Assembly: GCA_963718615.1 (NCBI GenBank)
Contig: OY970368.1
Span: 608,001-672,000, forward strand
DNA from: an uncultured cyanobacterium
GTDB taxonomy: Bacteria; Cyanobacteriota; Cyanobacteriia; PCC-9006; JAAUQQ01
Direction: 5' to 3'
Length of the DNA: 64,000 nucleotides
Below the pieces are notes generated by a model. It searched no databases and was not told where the DNA came from. It saw only the letters and a program-made list of their open reading frames with translations. This document shows positions 1 through 11,369 of the stretch, piece after piece (the stretch's first letter is position 1; the number at the start of each line of letters is the position of its first letter). The position numbers were made by a program, and so were the translations under genes.

Positions 1-772
1 CCAGCAGTGCAGAGGTCGTTGTAGGTTCAGGAACAGAGGTAGAAGGGTCAGAGCCATCATCCACCAAATTTGCAAAAGTTACTTCGGCTTTAGAACTTAC
101 AGGGCCAGTTTGATCAAAGATTGCCTCGCCCGTTTCACCGCTTTCCAATTCAACCAAAAACTTGACGCCAGCGAGGCCAAAATCTGCACCCGTATCGTTA
201 AATCCACTTGCGTCATGTCCCAGGAGAGAGGCGAGCAACACATCCAGGGAAGGAGTCAGAGGAACTTCATCATCACCCACGGAATTCGTATCAACACCAA
301 AGGTAAAGGAATCACCCCACCCAAATGAACCGGTTGCAAAACTAACTGTTAATGCTGTGGTTGTGCCATCGTGATTAACCGGACTAAAGGTGATGTCACT
401 TGGGCTAAATCCATTTGTTTGACCGCTTTCAGGACTAGCATCGTAACCAACAAAGTCAAGGTTATCAAACCAAGCATCAGAAGTTCCTAACTTCGTTTCT
501 GTTAAGTCGATCGTAATGGATTTGATGAATTGATCTACAGGTCCTTCGTCAAAAGAAATTCGAAAGAAATCGTCGTTGCCTAGGGCAGCTTGGTTTTGAG
601 CGTTTAGGTTGGGAATGTCGGCTGAAATTGCATTCAGTCCAGAATCATAACCAAAAGTTGTAGCAGAAACTTTCAGGCTTGCAGCTTGGCTGGCTGTCCC
701 CATGGCGAGGGTTAAAAGTGCAGCACCGGCAGCGGAAAGGGACACCTTCTTAGCAAAGGAAGAAATCATCAT
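1..772 (-). CDS. PEP-CTERM sorting domain-containing secreted protein (3' end runs off the window)
   Basis: Manual translation, not in the ORF track: signal peptide MMISSFAKKVSLSAAGAALLTLAMGTASQAA, an acidic Ser/Thr/Gly-rich body, ending ...DGSDPSTSVPEPTTTSALL at the window edge (VPEP motif). Confidence 0.85.
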   Translation of the reverse strand, partial: MMISSFAKKVSLSAAGAALLTLAMGTASQAASLKVSATTFGYDSGLNAISADIPNLNAQNQAALGNDDFFRISFDEGPVDQFIKSITIDLTETKLGTSDAWFDNLDFVGYDASPESGQTNGFSPSDITFSPVNHDGTTTALTVSFATGSFGWGDSFTFGVDTNSVGDDEVPLTPSLDVLLASLLGHDASGFNDTGADFGLAGVKFLVELESGETGEAIFDQTGPVSSKAEVTFANLVDDGSDPSTSVPEPTTTSALL

Positions 773-1377
773 GACCTCACTTCTCCTACGGTTGTTTGAG
801 TCGGTTAATGGGGATGAAATGGGGGCCAACAAAGACAAAGCCAAAAAGAGGGGGAGGACTAGCGATCGCGGCACAGGCTGGGGACTGCGTTGAAGATGCT
901 AGGGAGATTTAGCCTTGCCGCTAAATCTAAACTCTAAAATCTAAAGCCAAAACACGTATCGAATCAAACCAAGCAGTCAGTACTTTTACTTTCAAGAGCT
1001 AGGAGTTACCGTGGAACTTGCGACGACTCCGTGTTTCTTGTGTTTATGATGTCATTGATCGAACCTGATCGTCCAGGATTGCACGTAGAGATTCGTCAGA
1101 GCTTCATACTCGGCTGCGTTTCTACAACGCCTGATAAAGTAGGCTGCGCCTTGATGGTTTCTTTATGAAATTAATGCTTTATTCCTGGGGGTTTTGATGA
1201 AGGATTGAAGAGGTTGAAAAGCTTTTTGGAGAGCATTTTATTTTCTTTTTTGAAGAGAATGCGATCGCTCCTTCCAGACCTCAACCCAAAGACCAAAACA
1301 CCTAGGATTTATCGTTTTTAACTCACCACAAAATACTAAAGATACACTGATCGCCTCCGTATATCCCCAGCCCGCAC

Positions 1378-2730
1378 CTAAGTCGATGGACCATTCGCTA
1401 AGTTGCGGAAGCGAGTGAACTGGGGCTCAAACAGGAGTTTGACCGTGCCCACGGGACCGTTACGGTGTTTGGCAATGATCACCTCTGCAATGCCGCGATC
1501 GGGGGTATCAGGGTTATAGTATTCGTCTCGGTAGAGCATGATAATGAGGTCCGCGTCTTGTTCGATCGAGCCCGATTCTCTCAAATCTGACATCATCGGA
1601 CGCTTGTTGGTCCGAGCCTCGACGCCCCGGCTGAGCTGGGAGAGCGTCATCACGGGCACTTGCAGCTCGCGGGCCATGCCTTTGAGCGATCGCGTAATCT
1701 TAGACAGCTCCTGCACTCGGTTCTCAGAGTTACCCTCCATGAGCTGGAGATAGTCAATCAAAATGAGGCCCAGCTTGCCCCCATGTTCGGCCTGAAGTCG
1801 CCGCGCCTTAGACCGCATCTCGGTCACCGAAACATTGGGAGTATCGTCGATGTAGACCGGGAACTGGGAGAGTTGGCTAATGGCATGGCCGAGAACTTCC
1901 CATTCCTCCTGGCGCACGCGCCCCGCCCGCAGCCGACCGCTTTCGATGCTGACTTCGCTGGAGAGCATGCGGTAAACGAGTTGCTCTTTGGACATTTCCA
2001 GGCTAAAGACGCAGACGGGCAACCGGTGGAGCGCGGCAATATTACGGGCTAGGTTCAAAACGAAGCTCGTCTTTCCCATCGCCGGACGCCCCGCCACGAT
2101 GATCAGATCCGATCGCTGAAACCCCTGGGTCATAGCATCCAGATCGTAGAAGTTGCAGGGAATCCCCGCCACTGCTGTGCCCATGGAGCGGCTTTCAATT
2201 TCGTTAAATGTCGTCGTCAGGACTTCTGCCGTTGAAGCAAGGCTTGACTGGGGTCGTTCCTGGGTGAGACCAAAAATGCGCTGCTCGGATTTATCGAGGA
2301 GCGCCTCTAGGGGCATGGTGTTGTCGTAGCCCAGCCGAACGATTTCGTTGCCGGCCTGAATCAGCTCCCGACGCAGATATTTGTCCGTGACCAACTGGGC
2401 GTACTGGTCAATGTTGGCCGAACTGACGATCCGCTCCACCAGTTGCGCAATTCGCCCCTGTCCGCCAATTTTTTCTAATTTATTATTATCCTGAAGCCAA
2501 GCCGTAATCGTCGTCAGGTCCGTGGGTTTTCCCTGACCATGCAGGAGCAGCGCCGTGCGATAAATTTCCTGGTGGGCGTTGATATAAAACGCTTCAGGCC
2601 GCAAAATATCCGCCACCCGAGAGATCGCCTCCGGGTCGAGCAAAATCCCCCCGAGAATCGCTTCTTCGGCATCGACATTTTGGGGCGGGACGCGATCGCT
2701 CAAGGGTTCAAAATTCCCCTCCTCCGCCAT
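1378..2730 (-). CDS. dnaB: Replicative DNA helicase DnaB (no intein)
   Basis: PPQNVDAEEAILG, Walker A GRPAMGKT, IDYLQLM, LSQLSR, DLRESGSIEQDAD; start placed at MAEEGNF (ORF extends to 2793). Confidence 0.97.
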   Translation of the reverse strand: MAEEGNFEPLSDRVPPQNVDAEEAILGGILLDPEAISRVADILRPEAFYINAHQEIYRTALLLHGQGKPTDLTTITAWLQDNNKLEKIGGQGRIAQLVERIVSSANIDQYAQLVTDKYLRRELIQAGNEIVRLGYDNTMPLEALLDKSEQRIFGLTQERPQSSLASTAEVLTTTFNEIESRSMGTAVAGIPCNFYDLDAMTQGFQRSDLIIVAGRPAMGKTSFVLNLARNIAALHRLPVCVFSLEMSKEQLVYRMLSSEVSIESGRLRAGRVRQEEWEVLGHAISQLSQFPVYIDDTPNVSVTEMRSKARRLQAEHGGKLGLILIDYLQLMEGNSENRVQELSKITRSLKGMARELQVPVMTLSQLSRGVEARTNKRPMMSDLRESGSIEQDADLIIMLYRDEYYNPDTPDRGIAEVIIAKHRNGPVGTVKLLFEPQFTRFRNLANGPST

Positions 2731-2898
2731 GCCCCCCTTCCCCTGTCTCCAGGAGTTACGCTTCGCCTTACTCGTATCCCCTGCGTTCTCCATGCTGCCG
2801 CGATCGCCTCAATTCGTTAGCGCTCAAAGGCGCTCCATGAGCGCCATGACTATTATCGTACATTTGAACTAAGTCACCGCGCTGGACCCTTCAAATCA

Positions 2899-2924
2899 TG
2901 ACCCCTGCCCGAAGACAGGGGTCA
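2899..2924 (-). terminator. Stem-loop downstream of rplI
   Basis: Minus strand TGACCCCTGTC-TTCG-GGCAGGGGTCA, a C(UUCG)G tetraloop hairpin; weak U tract. Confidence 0.55.
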
Positions 2925-2962
2925 CAGTCCTTAAGGATTATTGATGTCCGTCACGCCAAACC

Positions 2963-3421
2963 CTAGAGCGCCGCGACACGAATATTCACATCCGCAATCA
3001 CTTCAGGGTGCAGCCGCACTTGGACGGTATAGTCACCCAATTGGCTAATTTCGGGGACTTCGATATCCCGACGATCGACTTCGATACTGGCCAGATCCTT
3101 AATCACGTCGGCGACATCAGCGTTGGTGACCGTTCCAAAGATCGCCTGTTCTTCACCGGCTTGCTTTTTGATCGTGAACCGACCAATCGTTGAGAGGGCG
3201 GTCTTTTGCTTTTCTGCATCGGCTTTCATCGCGGCCAGACGCTCTAGCTCTTTGGCGCGGCGAAATTCGACTTGTTTTAGAATTCCCGGCGTGGCGATGT
3301 TGGCCATGCCTCCCGGCAGTAAGTAATTACGAGCGTAGCCCGGTGCTACCTCAACCAAGTCGCCGTTGCGACCCAGCTTCCGAATATCCTGTGTCAAAAC
3401 GACCTGGACGCGCTTTCCCAT
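2963..3421 (-). CDS. rplI: 50S ribosomal protein L9
   Basis: LGRNGDLVEVAPGYARNYLLP, IFGTVT; 152 aa. Confidence 0.97.
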   Translation of the reverse strand: MGKRVQVVLTQDIRKLGRNGDLVEVAPGYARNYLLPGGMANIATPGILKQVEFRRAKELERLAAMKADAEKQKTALSTIGRFTIKKQAGEEQAIFGTVTNADVADVIKDLASIEVDRRDIEVPEISQLGDYTVQVRLHPEVIADVNIRVAAL

Positions 3422-3519
3422 TGCTCTGAATGTTCCTCAGCTGTATCTCCAAACGCTATATCTTAGCGAAGAATGGGGGGGTCTTGCAAACTATTTCTTA
3501 GACGACCCCTAGGCGACCC

Positions 3520-6369
3520 TTAGGCCAGCAACCCACCGGATTTACCGGTCAGCAATCCCTCCAGCTCGGCGAGGAGCGCTTGATTGCCCAGGGGTTTGGT
3601 GTAGTAGCCCGTGGCTCCGAGTTTGCGCGCTTGGCCGACGTGGCGATCGCCCTGGCGCGAAGTCAACAGGGCAACCGGCAAGGTCGCCAACGCAGCGGTT
3701 TGCCGAATCCGGCTGAGCAACTGGAAGCCATCCATCCGAGGCATTTCCACGTCCGAGACCACCGCATCACACCGGAGACCCGCCACCAGTCGATCCCAGG
3801 CTTCCTGGCCATCGCGGCATTGCACCACCTGATATCCCAAACGTTCGAGCGATCGCACCATCCAGCGCCGCACCGTCAGAGAATCATCCACCACCAAAAT
3901 CTGACGCCCTGAGGCTTGGGGTTTCGCCGCTGCCGCTGGCCTGGATTCTGGCCTGGATCCTGGCATGGATTCTGGCATGTCCCCCAGCGGAGTCCCTGAG
4001 AGGCACGACAGGGTTAGCGCTTCCGGCTTAATCACCAGCACCACCTCGCCTGAGGGCAGCACCGTGCAGCCTGCTACGTAGGGTGGCGTTGGAATCCAGT
4101 CCTCTAGGGGTTTGAGTACCATTTCCTGCTCCGAGAGCAGTTGATCCACGGCGATCGCCAAGGGGTGTCCCGCCGCTTCAATCACCATGCCGATTTGGGC
4201 CGTTGGCTTCAATCCCAGGGGAGTGGGGGAGTGGGCGATCGCCCCAGCCGCATTGGACCAAAGTTGCAGCAAAGATCGCAGCGGAATCGTTTGCTCCCGC
4301 CAGGTGAGACTCTCCCCCTGGGCCTCCACCGCAGACAGGGGCACGAAATCCAAAATTTGAATCGACGGAACCGCCAACTGGAGCGGCGGAGCCGGATCGC
4401 GACGGCTCTGACAAACCAGCAGCGGCAGAATATTAATCGAGAGGGGCAGCGTCAGACTAAACCGGGTGCCCTGTCCCGGCTGGCTTTCGACCCCAACGGT
4501 GCCGCGCCATTGCTCCACTTGAGCCTTGACCACATCTAGCCCGACGCCTCGTCCCGAGAGTTCACTCACGCTTTCTGCGGTCGAGAAACCAGGATGAAAT
4601 AACAGGTTCATCAAGGTCCGATCATCCGGTCGGTGCTCCCCCACCAGTCCCTGCTGATGGGCTTTGGCGTAGATTCGCTCTAGGTCAAGCCCCCGACCAT
4701 CATCGCTGAGCGCTATCATCACCTGGGTGCCGGTTTGCCGCGCTGCGAGCCGAATCACTGCCTGGGATGGTTTGCCGCGCCGCTGTCGCTCCAGGGGAAG
4801 CTCGATGCCGTGGTCAAAGGCATTGCGCAGCAAGTGCAGCATGGGCTCATAGAGCTGGTCCAGGAGCGCCCGATCCACCAGGGTTTCGCCTCCCATGATC
4901 TCCAGTTCGACCGTTTTGCCAAACCGTTGATTCAGGTCCCACAGGGGCCGCCGAAACCGCTCGGCCAAGGTTGAGAAAGGCCGCATCCGCGTCGCCACCA
5001 ACCCCGTTCGCAGGGACTGGATCTGGGTCTGCATCTGGTCCATCGCCTCCTGGGCACCCTGGGTAAAGAGGGAAATATCCGAGGTATTTTCTTCCAGGCG
5101 GGTGAGGAGTTCCTGGAAATCCTGAAGCACGGAGTGGAGGCCTGTGAACTGATCCATCTCCAAGGCATCGAAAGTTCCATCTAGATTTCCATCCAGATTT
5201 CCATCCAGATTCCCGCCAAGATTCTCGACCAACCCAAGATTCTCGACCAACCCATCGGCAGGGTTGCTGGGAGAAGCGGAGGTTTGTCCTGGTAACAGCC
5301 ACTGGTCGTAGAGATTCTGGATTTTTTCCCGGACCCCATAGAACTGTCGTGCTCGACGGCGCATATCTTGATTGGACTGGTCCAGGCGGCGGTGCTCCAG
5401 TTTGAGCGTTTCGTAGCCGATTAACAATTCCCCCAGAGAATCATTGAGATGGTTCAACCGCGCCACCGGCACCCGCATGGTCAGATCTGGAGAGACATGG
5501 GCCGAAGGTGAATCTGGACGGCTGAGAGCCCTTTCCGCATGCGGTTTGCAGGCTGTGGATTTGGCGATCGCGACCGATGGTACAGCCAAGGCATCACGGG
5601 GGTCCGTTGCGACCTCTCCGCCAAAAAGCGGCGGCGACTGGCCTTGCAAAACCAAGCTTCTGGCGGTTTGTAGATAGTCTAAGAGCGCCTGGGTTTGGTC
5701 CAATGTCGGCGCAGCACTGGTCCGCAGGGTTTGCATCGCCGCCACGGCATGGCGCAACCAGCTCAGATTCAGCACCTCCGCCAGCATTTGGCAGGTTTCG
5801 CCCAGGGTTTCTAGGGTGGAGGCGATCGCCCCCGCTCCCCCAATTTCCAACTGATTCGCCGCATCTTCCAACAACTGCCGAAAGTCACTTTCCAAAACCA
5901 ATTGAACCGGATCCACCCCGCCTGCTGTGACCCGAGCATCTGGCCCCAAACCCTCTGCCGGTTGTGCACAGTCTTGCAGCAATGCTTCTAGCCCCGCCGT
6001 CAGCGAAGAGACTGGATCCAGGTCGCCTGCCGCCGCCGCACTCAAGAGCCGCCGCACCTCGTCAATGCCCTCAACCAGCAGTTGCTGCGCTAACTCAGCC
6101 TCCAGAACCCGCTGATCGCGACAGGCCACCAAGACATCTTCCAGACGATGGGACAGTTGGCTGAGTCCTTGGAGCTGGGCCAATCCTGCCCCCCCCTTGA
6201 GCGTATGGGCCGCACGCAACAGATCCCGCCAGCCTCCAAACTGTTGAGGGGCAGTTCCTAAACTCAAAATTCCCGCTTCGAGTTCCGCGAGATACTCGGG
6301 TGCATCTTCGTGGATAAAGCAGTGACGAACTTCCTGCTCAATCTCGCTTAAATGGTCAAGGCTTAGCAT
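3520..6369 (-). CDS. CheA-like hybrid histidine kinase (Hpt-HATPase-CheW-REC)
   Basis: Hpt RAAHTLKG, HLLRNAFDHGIE, SGRGVGLDVV, C-terminal receiver VVDDS...SDVEMP. Confidence 0.93.
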   Translation of the reverse strand: MLSLDHLSEIEQEVRHCFIHEDAPEYLAELEAGILSLGTAPQQFGGWRDLLRAAHTLKGGAGLAQLQGLSQLSHRLEDVLVACRDQRVLEAELAQQLLVEGIDEVRRLLSAAAAGDLDPVSSLTAGLEALLQDCAQPAEGLGPDARVTAGGVDPVQLVLESDFRQLLEDAANQLEIGGAGAIASTLETLGETCQMLAEVLNLSWLRHAVAAMQTLRTSAAPTLDQTQALLDYLQTARSLVLQGQSPPLFGGEVATDPRDALAVPSVAIAKSTACKPHAERALSRPDSPSAHVSPDLTMRVPVARLNHLNDSLGELLIGYETLKLEHRRLDQSNQDMRRRARQFYGVREKIQNLYDQWLLPGQTSASPSNPADGLVENLGLVENLGGNLDGNLDGNLDGTFDALEMDQFTGLHSVLQDFQELLTRLEENTSDISLFTQGAQEAMDQMQTQIQSLRTGLVATRMRPFSTLAERFRRPLWDLNQRFGKTVELEIMGGETLVDRALLDQLYEPMLHLLRNAFDHGIELPLERQRRGKPSQAVIRLAARQTGTQVMIALSDDGRGLDLERIYAKAHQQGLVGEHRPDDRTLMNLLFHPGFSTAESVSELSGRGVGLDVVKAQVEQWRGTVGVESQPGQGTRFSLTLPLSINILPLLVCQSRRDPAPPLQLAVPSIQILDFVPLSAVEAQGESLTWREQTIPLRSLLQLWSNAAGAIAHSPTPLGLKPTAQIGMVIEAAGHPLAIAVDQLLSEQEMVLKPLEDWIPTPPYVAGCTVLPSGEVVLVIKPEALTLSCLSGTPLGDMPESMPGSRPESRPAAAAKPQASGRQILVVDDSLTVRRWMVRSLERLGYQVVQCRDGQEAWDRLVAGLRCDAVVSDVEMPRMDGFQLLSRIRQTAALATLPVALLTSRQGDRHVGQARKLGATGYYTKPLGNQALLAELEGLLTGKSGGLLA

Positions 6370-6377
6370 ATCGAACT

Positions 6378-8942
6378 CTATCCAGAATGGGAGGCGCGGA
6401 ACCGGGCGATCGACACCCGTAACTGCTCGGCCACGGTCACCAAGCGTTTGAGCGTATCGGATACGGCGTTGGACTCCGAGGCGCTATTCTCCGCCACCGC
6501 AGCGACGCTTTGCATGGTCAAACTGACGCTCTGGGAGGTTTGGGTTTGGGAGGCGGTGCTCACCGAAATCGACTGGAGCAATTCGTCGATGGTTTGATTG
6601 GTTTTGACCAAGGAAGATAGGGTGGTTCGGGTATGGGACACGAGCTGAGATCCGGTCACCACCTGCTCGGTGCCTTTTTCCATCATCGTCAGCACCTCCG
6701 CCGTTTCTAGCTGAATCCCGGTCACCAGTTGTTCGATTTCCTTCGTGGCATTCGTGACCTGTTCCGCCAAACGACGCACCTCATCGGCGACAATGCGGAA
6801 GCCTTGACCATGTTCACCGGCCCGCACCGCTTCAATGGAAGCATTGAACGCCAAGAGATTGGTTTTGGCCGAAATCTCAGAAATCAACCCAACAATTTTG
6901 GAAATTTCCTGGGAGGATTCCGTTAGGCGTTTCACTTTCTTCGAGGTTTCCGCCACGCTGCCCCGGAGTTGATTGATGCTGGTAACGGTTTGGTCCATGG
7001 CAGTTCCCCCGGCGATCGCCGCCTGGGATGCTTCCCGCGCGATCGTCGCCGCCTCCGCTGCCGAACCCGCCACCGTTTGAATCGATTGCACCATTTCATC
7101 CACCGAATCTAGGGCCTGACGGATGGATTCCGCCTGCTCAAAGGCCGCTTCGGCGAGCTGATTCATCGAAGTATCGCTACGGGTGGCATTTAGACTCACC
7201 TGCTGGGCCATATCCTGAACCTGCAGCACCAGGGTTTGCAAACTCGTCAGCGTGGCGTTAAAGGCATCGGCCACCGACCCCATTTCGTCATCCGAAACCC
7301 GAGCCCGCACGCTCAAGTCCCCCTGTCTGGCCCCATCAATTTCGATCAGTAATTGCAGAACGCGCTTTTGCAACCGTTCCGCCTCCTGCCGCTGGCGCTC
7401 TGCTTCCTGACGATGCTGGTCCATCAAGCCTTCAGACTGCTGCGTGGACTGGAGCATACTGTCCGCCATATGGTTAAAGGATTGCGCCAGTTCGCCAATT
7501 TCATCTGTTGCAAAACCCTCTGCCCGGACCTGGAGGTTGCCCTCAGCGAGTTGCTGAGCCATCCGATTCAGCCGCAAAATGGGCTGGGCGATCGCCCGTG
7601 CCAACCCCAAGGCCAGCACCACCCCCATCCCCAAAATTACTAAGGACAAGGCCCCCTGCTGTAGCAAACTGCGCTGCAAGAGCTGGCTCACGGATTCCTC
7701 AGAGGTTCCCCAAAGCAAGACTGCGATCGGTTGCCCCGCAGCATTCTGAATGGCCCGCGCCGCAACGGTATAGGGCTGACCTTCGAGCCGGATACGCTGG
7801 GTCACGGGTGTCCCCCCTGCCGCCAAAGCCCGCGCCAAAAAGGCATCATCCTTGAGCTCAACGGCTTGGGTTTGGCGCGATCCCGCTTGGAAAAATGAGG
7901 TGCTTGGCTCAAACGTCCCGTCCAGACGCGGCAGATAAATGGCGCTATAGCCCTGGCCAAAGGTATTGACCGTCGCTTCCACAATCGTCGATTTGCCATT
8001 GACCAAATCCCCGGCCACCAAGGCCCCAATGATTTTTTGGGTGTCAGGATTGCGGACCGGCGTGACCACATAGCGCACCAATAAATCCTCCTGCTCTAGA
8101 CCTTCCGGCAGGGGCGGCTCCTCCCGCTGGAGCTCCGAGGGGGCGATCGCCGTCGTGGCCTTAATCTGTTCTCCCCGCGACAAAACCGCCGTCACCAATT
8201 GATCCGGGTCAAACTTCTCCCCGCGACGATTGGCATTGGCGTTAGCCACAATTTTGCCCTGGGCATCCACCAAGGTGGCATATTCAATCTTGCGAGCCTG
8301 GGTCTCATTTTTCAAAATTGCCAACAGTTGCGCCGAAGCTTGGCCCGTCTCGGCAGCCTCAATCACCGCTGGGTTATCGGATTGCCCCCGAAACCCAAAC
8401 CCCATTTGGTCAATCTTGAGGTTGTATTGAAGTTCCGCGACCTTGAGCTCTGACTTGGCCTGTTCAAGCAGTTGCGATCGCAACCCCGCAGTCAATAGCG
8501 TTGCCCCCACCCCCACCAAACCCATCACCGAAATTACCTCTGCCGCCACCAGCCCCAGCACCTGTTTGCGGCGAATTGGCAAATTAGCCAAGGGCTGTAG
8601 CCACCCCCTAAGCCCCGCTTTCGCTCCGGTCACCTCCGCCATCAACAGCAAGCTATCCAGGGGTTCGGGAGGAATGGGAACGGGCGATTCTGCCGCCTCC
8701 GGCAGGGCCTCTAAGCCCTCTAATGCCTTACGGGCCGTGGCTCCATACTGACCATCCGGATCCGCCACCCACAGCATCCGATAGACCGCGATCGCCGCAT
8801 CCAAGTCCCCAGCCTGTTGCAGACTACTGGCCTGCACCATGGTTTCCAGCAGTTGGTCCTCCGTCATCATGGGCGTTTCCGCCAAGGGCTCAGCGGGAGC
8901 AGAAGAAAAATTGGGAGAAAAAGCAGACGTTTGAGAGGTCAT
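6378..8942 (-). CDS. Methyl-accepting chemotaxis protein (TPR-like N-terminus, two TM helices, Cache-like sensor, HAMP, MA domain)
   Basis: [33 protein letters not shown] signature; [17 protein letters not shown]. Confidence 0.93.
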   Translation of the reverse strand: MTSQTSAFSPNFSSAPAEPLAETPMMTEDQLLETMVQASSLQQAGDLDAAIAVYRMLWVADPDGQYGATARKALEGLEALPEAAESPVPIPPEPLDSLLLMAEVTGAKAGLRGWLQPLANLPIRRKQVLGLVAAEVISVMGLVGVGATLLTAGLRSQLLEQAKSELKVAELQYNLKIDQMGFGFRGQSDNPAVIEAAETGQASAQLLAILKNETQARKIEYATLVDAQGKIVANANANRRGEKFDPDQLVTAVLSRGEQIKATTAIAPSELQREEPPLPEGLEQEDLLVRYVVTPVRNPDTQKIIGALVAGDLVNGKSTIVEATVNTFGQGYSAIYLPRLDGTFEPSTSFFQAGSRQTQAVELKDDAFLARALAAGGTPVTQRIRLEGQPYTVAARAIQNAAGQPIAVLLWGTSEESVSQLLQRSLLQQGALSLVILGMGVVLALGLARAIAQPILRLNRMAQQLAEGNLQVRAEGFATDEIGELAQSFNHMADSMLQSTQQSEGLMDQHRQEAERQRQEAERLQKRVLQLLIEIDGARQGDLSVRARVSDDEMGSVADAFNATLTSLQTLVLQVQDMAQQVSLNATRSDTSMNQLAEAAFEQAESIRQALDSVDEMVQSIQTVAGSAAEAATIAREASQAAIAGGTAMDQTVTSINQLRGSVAETSKKVKRLTESSQEISKIVGLISEISAKTNLLAFNASIEAVRAGEHGQGFRIVADEVRRLAEQVTNATKEIEQLVTGIQLETAEVLTMMEKGTEQVVTGSQLVSHTRTTLSSLVKTNQTIDELLQSISVSTASQTQTSQSVSLTMQSVAAVAENSASESNAVSDTLKRLVTVAEQLRVSIARFRASHSG

Positions 8943-8955
8943 GGTTCGGACGGTA

Positions 8956-9468
8956 TCAATGGGATAGGACTTTGAGGGGCGATCGCAGCGGCCAGCCCGT
9001 AGACGTCAGCAAGCGCTGAGTATCGAGCAACAGCAAGGGCGGTTGACGTTGAACAACGCCGCGAAAGGCCGTGTGAATTTGAGGGGGAAATTGCTCGGGA
9101 ACGGGTTGAATCAGGCGATCGCCCACCGTCACCAGCCCCTGAAGTCGGGCCACGACACAGGCCAAATGCCGGTCTTCCTGAGGATGAGCCAGCACCACCG
9201 CCGTCCAGCCCAGGGCAGAAACATCCTCCTTCAAGGGTGAGGACGCCTGCGGGTCTCGACGTAGCGATAGAAAATCACTGAGATTCACGGTCCAGAGCAA
9301 TCGACCCCGCCAGTGGATCACCCCCAGCAACCGATGATTCACCCCCGGAATGGGACAAATTTGATCGGGTTGAATCCCCAATACCTCGGCAACCTCCTGA
9401 GCCGGTAGGCCCACGGGCAACTGTTGCCGTAGCAAAACTTCTAAATATTCAGTCGATTGCGTCTCCAT
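8956..9468 (-). CDS. CheW-like coupling protein
   Basis: [27 protein letters not shown]; position in the taxis operon; start at METQ chosen to avoid overlap with the upstream gene. Confidence 0.88.
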   Translation of the reverse strand: METQSTEYLEVLLRQQLPVGLPAQEVAEVLGIQPDQICPIPGVNHRLLGVIHWRGRLLWTVNLSDFLSLRRDPQASSPLKEDVSALGWTAVVLAHPQEDRHLACVVARLQGLVTVGDRLIQPVPEQFPPQIHTAFRGVVQRQPPLLLLDTQRLLTSTGWPLRSPLKVLSH

Positions 9469-9484
9469 GCCGTCAGTTCTAACC

Positions 9485-9862
9485 TCATTGGGCGGATGGG
9501 AAACAGGTTTTGACAGCATCTAGCAGTTCTTGGGGGGCAAAGGGTTTCACCAAATAGGCCGACCCGCCCTGACGCAGTCCCCAGAAGCGATCGAAATCTT
9601 GGTCCTTAGACGTACAGAAAATCACCGGAACTTTTTCCGTTTCCGGTTTTGCCCGCAATTGCCGACACAAATCAAACCCGCTAATACCGGGCATGACGAC
9701 ATCAATCACCAGCAGATCCGGAACTTGATGGGTTAACCATTCCAAGGCCGACTCACCGCTATCCACCGACTCCACCGATAAACCCATTTGCCCCAACAAC
9801 GCGACAATTAGGCGTTGATCCGAGCGGGAATCATCCACCACTAAGGCTTTTTTGTCCTTCAT
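9485..9862 (-). CDS. CheY/PilH-like single-domain response regulator
   Basis: VVDDS, IDVVMPGISGFDLCR, FCTSKDQDFDRFWG, KPF. Confidence 0.92.
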   Translation of the reverse strand: MKDKKALVVDDSRSDQRLIVALLGQMGLSVESVDSGESALEWLTHQVPDLLVIDVVMPGISGFDLCRQLRAKPETEKVPVIFCTSKDQDFDRFWGLRQGGSAYLVKPFAPQELLDAVKTCFPSAQ

Positions 9863-11061
9863 GCTCTGATTTCCTCTAACTGAACGTACTTAGCCACTGT
9901 GTCCATCAAGGTTTTAGCTTCAAAGGGTTTGGTGATGTAATCCGTAGACCCCGCGACCTTGGCTCGAACCTTGTCAATAAAGCCATCTCGTCCGGTCAAC
10001 ATCACAATCGGCATATGCTTGAGCATGGCGGATTGCCGTAGCAACCGACAGAGCTCGTAACCATCCAAATTCGGCATACTAATATCCATTAAAATCAGCG
10101 CTGGTTTTTCCTTTGCCAAAGAAGACAGGGCCTGCAAGGGATTGGTTAAGCCCAAAACGCGGTAGCCTGCCGCTTCCAAAATCAGCTTGACATTGCGCTG
10201 AACGGTCACACTATCGTCAATACAAACAATCGTCGCCTTCGGTTGTCTAACTTCGGTTCGACCATAGGAAATTGCCGCCAAAATTTGAGATTCAACACCC
10301 TTTGCGAGCAGGGTTGCTACCTGCAAAACATCTGCATTTAAGCGAGAGGCCAACTGATAAATACAGGGCTGATCTTCCAAAATATTGGAGAAGGACAGAT
10401 GGCTGTGTTGGCTCGTGAGCAAATCCAGTTTTGGGCTCAGCTCCTTATCAAAACGCCGCTGGTCTGCAATCCCAATCCGTTGCAACGGCGAGGTAATGTG
10501 AGGCCGAAGCTGCTGCCAGGTGCCAATTTGACCGGCGATGGGGGAGATCAAATCCCGGAGGGGCATGGTCATGAGAATGGGGTCTAGGCCGATGGTGCGA
10601 TCAAACTGAATGACCGCCTGAGGCATGGACAGCACATGCACCAAAGCCTCCTGGCTAAAGAGGCGGACAAAGGTACGTAACTGGTTGAGCGTGATTTGTC
10701 CCGTTTTCCAAGCGCGATAGAGAAACAGATAGGCAGAGCCTTCAAACTCCACCGCCACTTGCCCCAGGAGGTTCGATCGCGTCCGTTGCAGGATGTAATC
10801 CAATCGCTCCCGCTCTCCCACCGTACTATTCACAAAGTGCAGTTGTCCTTTGCCCACATAGACCGTCCAAGCGGTGGATTCTTCGCTGACACTGCGAATC
10901 ACCAGCCGACCTGAAATTTCCCGCTGCATGACGTTGTGCAGGGCTTTAGGGGGCGATGCAACAACGCCGGGGGTGTTGAGCATCGAATCTTGCGAAGCAG
11001 GGTGAGAAGCAGACATGAAGGAAGACTGCGATGGGATCTTGTGCTCAGTAGAGTTCAGCAT
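9859..11061 (-). CDS. PatA-family response regulator (PATAN + REC)
   Basis: N-terminal PATAN-like domain and C-terminal CIDDS...MDISMP...KPF; first gene of a cyanobacterial tax operon. Confidence 0.9.
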   Translation of the reverse strand: MLNSTEHKIPSQSSFMSASHPASQDSMLNTPGVVASPPKALHNVMQREISGRLVIRSVSEESTAWTVYVGKGQLHFVNSTVGERERLDYILQRTRSNLLGQVAVEFEGSAYLFLYRAWKTGQITLNQLRTFVRLFSQEALVHVLSMPQAVIQFDRTIGLDPILMTMPLRDLISPIAGQIGTWQQLRPHITSPLQRIGIADQRRFDKELSPKLDLLTSQHSHLSFSNILEDQPCIYQLASRLNADVLQVATLLAKGVESQILAAISYGRTEVRQPKATIVCIDDSVTVQRNVKLILEAAGYRVLGLTNPLQALSSLAKEKPALILMDISMPNLDGYELCRLLRQSAMLKHMPIVMLTGRDGFIDKVRAKVAGSTDYITKPFEAKTLMDTVAKYVQLEEIRA

Positions 11062-11369
11062 GGCAGCTCAATCAGGAGACGAATCAATCGGTGAGAAATG
11101 CAGGTGAAGCATGCATTGGCTTAGCTCGTCAAGGACAGCGGTATCCATGCATTTTGTCCAACCGGACCGAATCCATGAAAAGTCCTGCTCCTGCGATCGA
11201 CCGGTCTGAGGCTCAGCCTGAGACGGGGCGAGACACCATACAAATATTTGTATTTCCTACTTTCTAGGTTTCCCGCTGAGCTCAGGGATCTAAAGCCAGC
11301 GTTAGAATTGTCAGGGACTGGAAACTTGCGAATTTTGACATTATTGGGGCGATCGCCCCATCTTTTACC

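Noticed and set aside
1378-2793. DnaB intein
   Set aside because: Protein length and continuous motifs leave no room for an insertion
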